A DNA stretch of 64,000 nucleotides from Dehalococcoidia bacterium (lineage in GTDB: Bacteria > Chloroflexota > Dehalococcoidia > DSTF01 > JACRBR01): the NCBI GenBank assembly GCA_041494685.1, contig JBGQBE010000012.1:1-64000 (forward strand). The letters are read 5' to 3'. Numbering within the stretch: position 1 is the stretch's first letter; every line of letters starts with the position of its first letter. This document shows, one piece after another, positions 31,049 to 40,890 of the stretch. The position numbers were made by a program, and so were the translations under genes. Below the pieces are notes generated by a model. That model did no database searches and was not told the DNA's origin. It was given only the letters and a program-made list of their open reading frames with translations.

Positions 31049-31285
31049 GGGGGTCCTCTCCTTCGCTACCGCCGGTGTGGTTCGAGTGTAACAGGTTGTC
31101 CGGGGCGCCATTAGGTGAGAAATCTGTGATCTCTGGCGGCCAGCCATTTTCAGGGATTCCCCGCAGTGCTACGATCATTTCGTGCCGATGATTGATACGG
31201 GCGTGCGTGCCGCCGGGCTGGGACCGCCAGGTCTAACTCACACATGCGCCACACGCCCACCAATTTTCCCCTCCGTGGACCCGAC

Positions 31286-32416
31286 ATGAGCCTGCGCGCC
31301 CGCCGGTTGCTGATCGTGCCGCTCGCGCTGGCGCTGTTCGCCGCCGCGTGCACCGGCGGCGGCTCGGGCGGCAAGACGCCCGCTGCCGGCGGTACGCCGG
31401 GGGCCGCGGCGTCTGCCGCCTCTTCGTCCGGCGGCACCGTGGTCAGCGTGCCGCGGATCTCGAACGACGACGCGCTCACCACGCCGCAGATCGTCGAGAA
31501 GCTGCGCCCGTCCATCGTCCGCGTGCAGACCGAGAGCGCGACGCTCGACATCTTCGGCCGCACGACGCCGAGCACGGGCGTCGGTACCGGCGTCATCATC
31601 GATACCGACGGCCACATCGTCACCAACAACCACGTCGTGACGATCGGCGACGGCAACACGCCCGCCGACCGCATCACGGTCACGCTATCCGATCAGCGCA
31701 CGTTCGACGCGAAGATCGTCGGCCGCGACCAGCCGACCGATCTCGCGGTGCTGAAGGTCGATGCGTCCGGCCTCACCGCCGCCGAGTTCGGCAACGCAGA
31801 CGAGCAGCAGGTGGGCGAGGACGTCGTCGCCATCGGTTTCGCGCTGGACCTCAAGGGCGGGCCGACGGTGACGCGCGGCGTGCTCTCGGCCAAGGGCCGC
31901 ACGATCGACGAGCAGCCCTACACGATCAACGACGCGATCCAGACCGACGCCGGCATCAACCCCGGTAACTCGGGCGGACCGCTGGTCAACGCCCGCGGCG
32001 AGGTGATCGGCATCAACACCGCGATCATCAAGAGCGCGCAGAGCATCGGCTTCTCGATCTCCGCTGCGCTGGTGAAGCCCACGGTCGACCAGCTCATCAG
32101 CGCCGGGAAAGTGGACCGTGCGTACCTCGGCGTCGGCACCGTCGACGTCACCGAGAGCATCGCCAAGAACTTCAACCTGCCGGTCGCCAGGGGCATCGCC
32201 GTGACGGTTGTCGGTAGCGGCACGCCGGCGGAGGCTGCCGGCCTGCGCGAGAACGACGTGATCGTGAAGGTGGATGGGCAGGACGTGGACAACAACGGCA
32301 CCCTCCTGGCGCTTCTGGCCAAGCACAGGGCGGGCGACACCGTCAGCATCGACTACTACCGGGGCAGCGATCCGCACACGGTCAGCGTGACGCTGTCGTC
32401 CCGCCCGGGCGGCTGA
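31286..32416 (+). CDS. htrA: HtrA/DegP-like serine protease lipoprotein with PDZ domain
   Basis: TNNHVV, DLAVLK, INPGNSGGPL, PDZ; lipobox AAAC. Confidence 0.92.
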   Translation: MSLRARRLLIVPLALALFAAACTGGGSGGKTPAAGGTPGAAASAASSSGGTVVSVPRISNDDALTTPQIVEKLRPSIVRVQTESATLDIFGRTTPSTGVGTGVIIDTDGHIVTNNHVVTIGDGNTPADRITVTLSDQRTFDAKIVGRDQPTDLAVLKVDASGLTAAEFGNADEQQVGEDVVAIGFALDLKGGPTVTRGVLSAKGRTIDEQPYTINDAIQTDAGINPGNSGGPLVNARGEVIGINTAIIKSAQSIGFSISAALVKPTVDQLISAGKVDRAYLGVGTVDVTESIAKNFNLPVARGIAVTVVGSGTPAEAAGLRENDVIVKVDGQDVDNNGTLLALLAKHRAGDTVSIDYYRGSDPHTVSVTLSSRPGG

Positions 32417-32477
32417 TAGAGGGTTGCCCGCCCCGGCGCGACGGGCGTACACTCGCATCACTCCTGCGAGGTGGACC

Positions 32478-33413
32478 ATGAAGAAACTGCTTCTCCTGAT
32501 CGTCGGCGGTCTCGCCGCGGGCGCGGTGCTGCTCGCGCGCAAGGTCGCCATTCGCGAGGACCTGGAGTGGGCCGACGTGCCCAAGCCCGGCCGCGTCGTC
32601 GACATCGACGGCTACGGCGTGCACTACGTCGAGCAGGGCGCGGGGCCCGCGATCGTGCTGATCCACGGTTTCGGCGGCCACACGTATCACTTCCGCAACA
32701 TCATGCCGCTGCTCGCCCGCGACCACCGCGTCGGCGCGCTCGACCTCAAGGGCTACGGCTACAGTCAGCGCGACGCGCACGCCGGCCTGTCGTTCACCGA
32801 CCAGGTCGTGATGGTCCGCAAGCTGATGCAGCGGCTCGGTATCGACCGCGCCGTGATCGTCGGGCACTCGATGGGCGGCGCGGTCGCGCGGCGCTTCGCC
32901 GCCACGTACCCGGAAGCGACCGAGGCGCTGGTGCTGATGGCCTCCGTCACCGGCGAGGAGCACCTGCCGCGGCGCATGCCGGCCGCGCCGTTGATCAAGC
33001 CTTTGGTGCCGCTCGGCGCCGGCCTGATGGCGGGCCGCATCCTCAAGGCGTCGTACTACGACCCATCGTGCGTCACGCCGGAGGTGCGCGAGGAGTTTCT
33101 CCGTCCCGCGCGCCTCAGGGGCTCGATGGACGGGATCTTCCAGTCGATGCGCGACCGCGCGAGCGACGCCCCCGTCGACGACGCCCGCATCACGATGCCG
33201 GTGCTGCTGCTCTACGGGGCGCACGACGGGGTCGTGCCGCTCAGCGCGGCGCAGCGGATCCGCGAGCGGCTGCCGCACGCCCGCCTGGTCGTCGTGGAGC
33301 GCGCCAGCCATCAGCTCTACGACGAGCGGCCGGAGGAGTGCGCGCGCATCGTCGAGGAGTTCCTGCGCGAGGCGAAATCCGCCGCCGGGGCGCCGTCCGC
33401 CACGCCCGCGTAG
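32478..33413 (+). CDS. alpha/beta hydrolase
   Basis: LIHGFGG, GHSMGG, GAHD, ASH catalytic motifs. Confidence 0.9.
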   Translation: MKKLLLLIVGGLAAGAVLLARKVAIREDLEWADVPKPGRVVDIDGYGVHYVEQGAGPAIVLIHGFGGHTYHFRNIMPLLARDHRVGALDLKGYGYSQRDAHAGLSFTDQVVMVRKLMQRLGIDRAVIVGHSMGGAVARRFAATYPEATEALVLMASVTGEEHLPRRMPAAPLIKPLVPLGAGLMAGRILKASYYDPSCVTPEVREEFLRPARLRGSMDGIFQSMRDRASDAPVDDARITMPVLLLYGAHDGVVPLSAAQRIRERLPHARLVVVERASHQLYDERPEECARIVEEFLREAKSAAGAPSATPA

Positions 33414-33483
33414 CTTCGGCCGCGCTTGCCGCGCTCCGGGGCCGGTGCTAGGCTGAGGACGCTTCCCAAGGAGGGAGCGGGGT

Positions 33484-33834
33484 ATGTCATTGCCAATTCT
33501 CGCGCCGCTCGGGCTGGGCCCGCTCGAACTGGGCCTGATCCTGCTCATCGTCGTCCTCGTCTTCGGCGTCGGCCGCCTGCCCGAGGTGGGCGGAGCGGTG
33601 GGCAAGGGGATCCGCGAGTTCCGCAAGGCGACGAAGGACGACGAGGCCGAAGCCGAGGCCAAGGCTGCCGCCGCGATGCAGAGCAGCGCGGCCCCTGCGG
33701 ACGCCGCTCCCGCCGCGCCTGTCGCTGCTCCGTCCACCGACACGATCTTCTGCAGCGAGTGCGGCGCGAAGAACCCGCGCAACGTGAAGTTCTGCTCCAA
33801 CTGCGGCCATTCGATCGGTTCCGCCGCCAGTTAG
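33484..33834 (+). CDS. tatA: TatA/E subunit with C-terminal zinc ribbon
   Basis: LGPLELGLILLIVVLVFGVGRLPEVGGAVGKGIREFRKA plus CSECG...FCSNCG. Confidence 0.9.
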   Translation: MSLPILAPLGLGPLELGLILLIVVLVFGVGRLPEVGGAVGKGIREFRKATKDDEAEAEAKAAAAMQSSAAPADAAPAAPVAAPSTDTIFCSECGAKNPRNVKFCSNCGHSIGSAAS

Positions 33835-33907
33835 AGTTCCGCCGCCCGGTACGTACGATCCGCCGCCGGTCCGCGACCGGCGGCGTTCTGCTTGTCGCGA
33901 GGGATCC

Positions 33908-34651
33908 ATGCCACTTCGAGCCGTCCTCTTCGATCTCTGGGGCACGCTGATCATCGACGACGTCGAGTCCAGCGAGCGCCGCCGCATCATGCGCCGCGAC
34001 GCCACCCGCGACCTGCTGGGGGAGTTCGGCTTCGCGCACCAGCACGACGACATCGAAGCGGCGTTCCTGGCGGCCGGCGCCGAACACGAGCGCCTGCACC
34101 ACGCCGACCGCGATCTGTCGACGCGCGGGCGCACGCTGCTCTACCTGCAGCACGTCGACCCCGCCCTGCTCGACCGCGTCGACGAGGACGGCTGGCGGCG
34201 GCTCGACGAGGTGATCTTGACGCCGGCCCTCACGCACCGCCCCGTCATCATGCCGGGCGCGAGGGAGGCGCTGGCCGAGGTGAAGGCGCTGGGCATCCCC
34301 ACCGGCCTGATCTCGAACGCCGGCATCACGCCCGGCTTCGTGCTGCGCCAGATCCTCGACGACTTCGGCCTGCTGCGGCTGCTCGACATCACCGTATTCT
34401 CCGACGAGGTCGAGATGTGCAAGCCCGCGCCCGCGATCTTCGCCGGCGCGCTCGCCGAACTCGGCGTCGATGCGCGGGACGCCGCGTTCGTCGGCGATCA
34501 GCCGCGTCTGGACGTCTTCGGCGCTCGGCAGGCCGGCATGTGGAGCGTGCAGATCGGCGACCTCAGCGCCGACGGCATGACGCCGCACGCCCGCATCGAC
34601 ACGCTCATGGAGCTCGTCCCCGCGCTGCGCTCGCTCCGGCTGATCGACTGA
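33908..34651 (+). CDS. HAD-superfamily hydrolase
   Basis: FDLWGTL, ISN, KPAPAIF, VGD...DVFGA. Confidence 0.9.
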   Translation: MPLRAVLFDLWGTLIIDDVESSERRRIMRRDATRDLLGEFGFAHQHDDIEAAFLAAGAEHERLHHADRDLSTRGRTLLYLQHVDPALLDRVDEDGWRRLDEVILTPALTHRPVIMPGAREALAEVKALGIPTGLISNAGITPGFVLRQILDDFGLLRLLDITVFSDEVEMCKPAPAIFAGALAELGVDARDAAFVGDQPRLDVFGARQAGMWSVQIGDLSADGMTPHARIDTLMELVPALRSLRLID

Positions 34652-34663
34652 CAGGCGGCCGCA

Positions 34664-35203
34664 CTAGCCGAAGCTCGCCAGCCATTCGTCGCGCAAGGCG
34701 CTCATGAGGATCACGTCGTGGTATGCGCCCTCCGACCATCGCGCTTGCCTGCGACGCCCCTCTTCGACGAAGCCGCTCTTGCGGTACGCGGCAATGGCCC
34801 GCTCGTTGAACGCGTACGTGTCGAGCTGCACGCGGTTCAGGTTCATCTCATCGAACGCGAATCGCAGCAGCGTCTGCGTGGCGTCGCTGCCGTAGCCCTT
34901 CGACCAGTACGCCTTCTCGCCGATCATGATGCCGAAGTCTGCTTTGCGGTCCTCCGGTGACACATTGAAGAGGCTCGTGTTGCCGATGTGCTCGCCGTCC
35001 TTGGTATTGATGGCGAAGGGCGTAGCTGCGAACGTCATGGGGCCCACCATGTGGTCGCGCATCCACTGCTCTTCAGCAGCGCTCGACCACAGGTAACGCG
35101 CCGCCATGAACCGCGTGACCTCGCGGTCGTTGATCCAGCGCGTGTTCCGCTCCAGATCCGCCATCCCTCTCGCGCGCAGATTGACGATGCGTCCCTCCAG
35201 CAT
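34664..35203 (-). CDS. GNAT acetyltransferase, RimJ/RimL family (copy 2)
   Basis: YWSKGYG, NERAIAAYRKSGFVEEG; ATG overlaps the stop of copy 1. Confidence 0.92.
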   Translation of the reverse strand: MLEGRIVNLRARGMADLERNTRWINDREVTRFMAARYLWSSAAEEQWMRDHMVGPMTFAATPFAINTKDGEHIGNTSLFNVSPEDRKADFGIMIGEKAYWSKGYGSDATQTLLRFAFDEMNLNRVQLDTYAFNERAIAAYRKSGFVEEGRRRQARWSEGAYHDVILMSALRDEWLASFG

Positions 35204-35760
35204 CAGCTGCCTCCGTCCCGCGCTCCGAAGCTCGGCAGCCACTCGTGGCGCAGGGCGCTCATCACGACCACGTCGTGGTACGTGCCCTCGCGGAACGTCG
35301 CCTGCCGCCGCCGCCCTTCCTCGACGAAGCCGCTCTTGCGGTACGCGGCCAGCGCCCGCTCGTTGAACGCGTACGTGTCGAGCTGCACGCGGTTCAGGTT
35401 CATCTCATCAAACGCGAATCGCAGCAGCGTCTGCGCGGCGTCGCTGCCGTAGCCCTTCGACCAGTACGCCTTCTCGCCGATCATGATGCCGAACTCGGCC
35501 TTGCGGTCTTCCGGCGACACGTCGAACAGATTCGTGTTGCCGATGTGCTCGCCGTCCTTGGTTTCGATGGCGAAGAACGTATCGCCGAACGACATCGGAC
35601 GGCTGCACCGCCCGCGCAGCCAACCTTCCTCCGCGGCGCTGGACATCAGGTAGCGCATCGACAGGAATCGCGTCACCGCCCGGTCGTTGATCCAGCGCGT
35701 GTTCCTCTCCAGGTCCGTCATCTCGGGCGCGCGCAGATGCACCAGCTTCCCTTCGATCAC
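35203..35760 (-). CDS. GNAT acetyltransferase, RimJ/RimL family (copy 1)
   Basis: Same motifs; GAGGAGGAG RBS before GTG 35760. Confidence 0.92.
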   Translation of the reverse strand: MIEGKLVHLRAPEMTDLERNTRWINDRAVTRFLSMRYLMSSAAEEGWLRGRCSRPMSFGDTFFAIETKDGEHIGNTNLFDVSPEDRKAEFGIMIGEKAYWSKGYGSDAAQTLLRFAFDEMNLNRVQLDTYAFNERALAAYRKSGFVEEGRRRQATFREGTYHDVVVMSALRHEWLPSFGARDGGS

Positions 35761-35790
35761 CGCTCCTCCTCTTCCGTGCGGCGTCCGCCG

Positions 35791-35824
35791 CACAAACGAA
35801 CAGGCCCACCGCGTGGTGGGCCTG
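35791..35824 (-). terminator. leader terminator upstream of the GNAT pair
   Basis: Perfect 10-bp stem CAGGCCCACC-N4-GGTGGGCCTG followed on the minus strand by TTCGTTTG. Confidence 0.6.
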
Positions 35825-35849
35825 CCTGATCGCTTGCTGTGGCGGCGCG

Positions 35850-35966
35850 TTAGGTGCGCCGGGCGATGGCAGGCCCCGATACTCCGGTCGACGGCGGCGT
35901 GAGACCATCGCACGCCTGGCGCATCTGTCCGTCGAACTGCATGGCCGTGAATCGCCGCATCATCAT
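35850..35966 (-). CDS. putative 38-aa leader peptide MMMRRFTAMQFDGQMRQACDGLTPPSTGVSGPAIARRT
   Basis: Not in the ORF track; GGGAG RBS and TATACT -10 (35994-35999) upstream; ends 25 nt before the terminator stem. Confidence 0.45.
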   Translation of the reverse strand: MMMRRFTAMQFDGQMRQACDGLTPPSTGVSGPAIARRT

Positions 35967-36084
35967 CGTCGTTGCTCCCGCGAATGTTGGCGCAGTATAT
36001 GCGAAGCGCCCCCGCGCGACGCAAGCGGCCTGTCGGCGCCGCGCGGCCGTACGCTAGACTGCTGGCCGGATAGAGGAGTCCGAT

Positions 36085-36300
36085 ATGGTCCAGTCGCCGC
36101 GCCGTCACCGTCCCGCCGCGTCCGTGTCTTCGCCGCGATATACCCGCGCGAAGACGCTTGAGGAGCTGATGCGCGAGCAGGGGATCTCCGGCGAAGCGCC
36201 GGACTATCGCGCGATCTTTTCGGCCGTGTGGCCGACGAAGAAGGACGCTGCCCAATTTCGCCGGTACATTCGCTCAATCCGGCGTCCGTCCCGAGACTGA
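36085..36300 (+). CDS. small hypothetical protein (antitoxin-like)
   Basis: AGGAG RBS; KTLEELMREQGI...WP....F pattern. Confidence 0.5.
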   Translation: MVQSPRRHRPAASVSSPRYTRAKTLEELMREQGISGEAPDYRAIFSAVWPTKKDAAQFRRYIRSIRRPSRD

Positions 36301-36334
36301 GTCGCATCACCAACTGCAATCACAGGGCTAACCC

Positions 36335-37530
<1,196 letters not shown>

Positions 37531-37531
<1 letters not shown>

Positions 37532-38781
37532 TGCGCAACCTCGACCGACTGCCTCTGCACGGCATCCGCGTGCTCGACCTCACGATGGTGTGGGCGGGGC
37601 CGTCCGGCACGCGCCTGCTCGCCGACGTGGGCGCCGAGGTGATCAAGGTCGAATCGGCGCGGTCGTGGGACATGCTCCGCTCGTTGCACTTCCTGGGCGG
37701 CCAGACGGAGCGCTGGTGGAACAAGGCCGCCTATTTCAACCACAACAACCGCAACAAGTACGCCTGCACGCTCGACCTGCAGACCGCGCGCGGCCGAAAG
37801 CTGGCGCTGCGACTCGTCGAGCAGTCGGACCTCGTCTTCGAGAACTACCGCGCCGACGTCGTCGGCAAGCTCGGCATGGACTACGCCGACCTGCGCGCCG
37901 CCAAGCCGGACATCATCCTCGTCTCGATGCCGAGCCACGGCAAGAGCGGGCCGGAGTCGCACCACGTCGCCTACGGCACCAACGTCGAGCAGCTCTCCGG
38001 GCTGGCGTCGCTCACCGGCTACCCCGGCATGGGCCCGCACAAGTCGCCGATCGCGTATGGCGACCCGAACGCCGGCGCCATCGCCGCCGCCGCCGCGCTC
38101 GCCGCGCTGCGCCACCGCCGCGAGACCGGCGAGGGGCAGCACGTCGAGGTCGCGCAGTGGGAGGCGATGATCGGGACCATCGGTGAGTTCGTCCTCGCGT
38201 ACCAGATGGACGGAAACCCCGGCGAGAGCCTCGGCAACCGCCACGTCTCGCGCGTGCAGGGCGTCTATCCGTGCGAGGGGCCGGACCAGTGGGTGGCCAT
38301 CTCCGCCGGCTCCGACGCCGAGTTCGCCGCGCTCTGCGGCGTCGTCGGCCGCGCCGAGCTGGCGCGCGACGCGCGCTTCGCGGACGTCGTCTCGCGCCGC
38401 CACAACCACGACGAGATCGACGCGATCATCGCGGAGTGGTCGCGCGGCCGCGCGCAAGACGACGCCGCCCGCGCGATGCAGGCGGCCGGCGTGTCGGCGG
38501 CGCCGGTGCTGCGCATCCAGGAGCTGATGCGGGACGAGCATCTGCGCGCGCGGGGCTTCTGGGAGAGCGTGACGCACGCCGACGCCGGCACGTGGGACAT
38601 GGAGGGGCCGGTCTGGCGCTTCTCCCGCACGCCGGCGCACGTGCGCGTCCCGCCGCCGATGTACGGCGAGCACAACGACTGGGTGCTCCGCGACCTGCTC
38701 GGCCTCAGCGACGACGAGATCGCGTCGCTCGCCGCCGAGGGCGTCACGTCGAGCGAGCCGCACCTCGGCGTCCATGCCTGA
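37531..38781 (+). CDS. CoA transferase family III (CaiB/BaiF)
   Basis: PLHGIRVLDL, WAGP, NRNK, ENYR, YGD, GEHN; coupled to the upstream paralog by TGATG. Confidence 0.92.
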
Positions 38782-38797
38782 GCATCGCCCCGCCACC

Positions 38798-38892
38798 CTA
38801 GGGGCACAGCCTGCTGCGCCCGCGTCCGGCGGGTCGGCACGGCACACGGTGCCACGGTAGGGGCGCGGCCTGCTGCGCCCGCGCCCGGCGGA
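38798..38892 (+). repeat. two tandem REP-like units (GTAGGGGC...CCTGCTGCGCCC)
   Basis: TAGGGGCACAGCCTGCTGCGCCCGCGTCCGGCGG and TAGGGGCGCGGCCTGCTGCGCCCGCGCCCGGCGG between convergent genes; third copy at 60091. Confidence 0.7.
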
Positions 38893-38940
38893 TGACGGAC
38901 GACCGCCCGCTCCTATGCCGGCCGCCGCTCACCGCTTTCA

Positions 38941-39621
38941 TCACTCCGGCGTCCAGAAGTTGCCGTTCCGGTGCGCCTGCTCCGTGCTCGGCCGCCGCTC
39001 GCCCACGCCGCCCGGGATGATCGACGGGTCGATCGGCGCCCGCGTCGGGTCCTGGAAGTCGTCGAACGTCACTTCGTCCGTCGATGTGTCCAGCACCGCG
39101 TACGACAGCTTGAACGCGTTCCGCGCGTCACGCGCCTCGCCCGCCGAGCCGGGATTGATCACCAGCACCCGGCCGATGCGCTCCGCCATCTGGTAGTGCG
39201 TGTGCCCCAGGATCACGTAGTCGGCGTCGATCGTCCCGAGCCGCGACAGGCTGGGGCTGTTCGGGTAGATGTACTCGTTGTGCGGCTCGAAGGGGCTGCC
39301 GTGCACCATCACGAGCGTCTTGCCGGATACCTGCACCGTCATCCGGTGCGGCTGTCCGGCCATGTACGCCAGCTCGTCGCCGCGCACCCAGCCGGCCGCG
39401 CGCGCGCGCTCGCCCCACCTGCCCAGTAGCACGTCCTCGTGGTTGCCCTGGATGTAGCGCGCGCCCCGCTCGCGCAGCAGCGCCATCACCTCGTTCGAGA
39501 AGCGGAACTGGTACACGGCGTCGCCCGCGCACAACAGCTCGTCGACGTCGCCCATCCGGTCGAGCGCGATGCGCAACGCTTCGTGGTTGCAGTGGATGTC
39601 CGAGACGATGCCGATCCGCAT
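38941..39621 (-). CDS. metallophosphoesterase (YfcE/calcineurin-like)
   Basis: SDIH, GD, GNHE, HGSP, GHTH, INPGS. Confidence 0.92.
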   Translation of the reverse strand: MRIGIVSDIHCNHEALRIALDRMGDVDELLCAGDAVYQFRFSNEVMALLRERGARYIQGNHEDVLLGRWGERARAAGWVRGDELAYMAGQPHRMTVQVSGKTLVMVHGSPFEPHNEYIYPNSPSLSRLGTIDADYVILGHTHYQMAERIGRVLVINPGSAGEARDARNAFKLSYAVLDTSTDEVTFDDFQDPTRAPIDPSIIPGGVGERRPSTEQAHRNGNFWTPE

Positions 39622-39644
39622 GCCGACAGTATGGACGAGAGACA

Positions 39645-39702
39645 CAGAACCGAGAACCAAGAACCTGGAACCTCGGTGGCGTACGAGGCATAGGTTCTAG
39701 GT
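39645..39702. repeat. heptamer-armed palindrome interrupted by the IS (left part; continues at 41824-41841)
   Basis: AGAACCG AGAACCA AGAACCT GGAACCT ... AGGTTCT AGGT | IS | TTCTCAG TTCTTGG TTCT. Confidence 0.6.
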
Positions 39703-39715
39703 GGTAATAGTATAC

Positions 39716-39744
39716 TTGACTCAGTAGAGGATCGGGGGTAAAAT
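39716..39744 (+). promoter_or_regulatory. transposase promoter with -35 inside the left IR
   Basis: TTGACT-N17-TAAAAT, 18 nt before the transposase ATG. Confidence 0.75.
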
Positions 39745-39762
39745 GTGAGGGTAGAGAGAGCC

Positions 39763-40726
39763 ATGCAAGAGCCAACCACCCTCATCGAAGCCGTCCGCTA
39801 CTTCTCTGACGCCGATCTGGCGTTGGAGTTCATGGCCACGCTGCGCTGGCCGGACGGCGCTGTCCGCTGCCCCAACTGCGATAGTGACGAGGTGCGATTC
39901 CTCGGCACCCGCAAGCTGTGGGAGTGCAAGGGCAAGCACGCCAAGCGCCAGTTCTCCATCAAGGTCGGCACGATCTTCGAGGACAGCCCGCTCGGTCTGG
40001 ACAAGTGGCTCCCGGCTGTCTGGATGATCGCCAACGACAAGAACGGCATCAGCTCCGCCGAACTGGGTCGCGCCGTCGGCGTCACTCAGAAGTCCGCTTG
40101 GTTCGTGTTCCACCGCATCCGGCTCGCCATGCAGACCGGCACATTCCGCCGCATGTCCGGCGAGGTCGAGGCCGATGAAACCTTCATCGGCGGCCGCTCG
40201 ATGTTCATGCACCCCGACAAGCGCGAGCGCGTGATGAAGGGCCGACGTGGCGGGCCGGTCGGCAAGACTGCCGTTCTCGGCATCCTTGAGCGCAACGGCC
40301 CCGAGGGGCACAGCGTTGTCCGCACCAAGGTCGTGCCGAACGTCCAGCTCAAGACCCTCAGCCCAGAAGTCCGCAAGCACGTCGTTGAAGGCTCAGCGAT
40401 CTTCACTGACGCCAGCTACTCGTACCGCACGCTGAGCGATGCCTACCTGCACGAGGTCGTTGACCACGCCGAGGAATACGTGCGCGGCCGGGTTCACACC
40501 AACGGCCTTGAGAACTTCTGGAGCCTGTTTGAAGCGGTCGATCAAGGGAACCTATGTCAGCGTCGAGCCGTTCCACCTGTTCCGGTACCTCGACGAGCAA
40601 GCCTTCCGGTACAACGAGCGCAAGACCAACGATGGCGCGCGCTTCATGCGCGTGCTGGCCGCTATCGTCGGCAAGCGCATCACCTACACCGAATTGACCG
40701 GCAAGGTGGGCACGACGCCTGCCTAG
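39763..40726 (+). pseudogene. IS1595-family DDE transposase, frameshifted
   Basis: Zn ribbon CPNC..C, HTH, VEADETFIGG, FTD, HTNGLENFWSL; an extra T at about 40528-40530 shifts into LKRSIKGTY...YLDEQAFRYN (ORF 40439..40726). Could be a sequencing error. Confidence 0.85.
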
Positions 40727-40749
40727 AAGGCAGCTGAGAGGGAAGCGCG

Positions 40750-40890
40750 ATGGCAAAGCTGAAGCCCAGCGACAAGCCGACCGAGACGCCGCTAGAGCGT
40801 ACCGCTCGGCTCGCGCGAAAACTGATCGCCGTGCCAAAGTCCGAGGTCGATAGACAGCAACGCAAGTACTTGAAGAAGCGGAATCCCTGA
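40750..40890 (+). CDS. small basic IS passenger protein (46 aa)
   Basis: MAKLKPSDKPTETPLERTARLARKLIAVPKSEVDRQQRKYLKKRNP; GAGGGA RBS; stop abuts the DUF3800-like stop. Confidence 0.6.
   Translation: MAKLKPSDKPTETPLERTARLARKLIAVPKSEVDRQQRKYLKKRNP

Noticed and set aside
31049..31285. AT-richer lemA/htrA divergent intergenic region as a possible ncRNA
   Set aside because: No convincing stem, terminator or known motif; consistent with ordinary divergent promoters.
38798..38915. Possible mini CRISPR array
   Set aside because: Only two degenerate units, no further repeats and no cas genes; better explained as REP-like repeats.
40520..40535. Programmed frameshift in the transposase
   Set aside because: No slippery heptamer; a single extra T in CTG-TTG fits a mutation or sequencing error.
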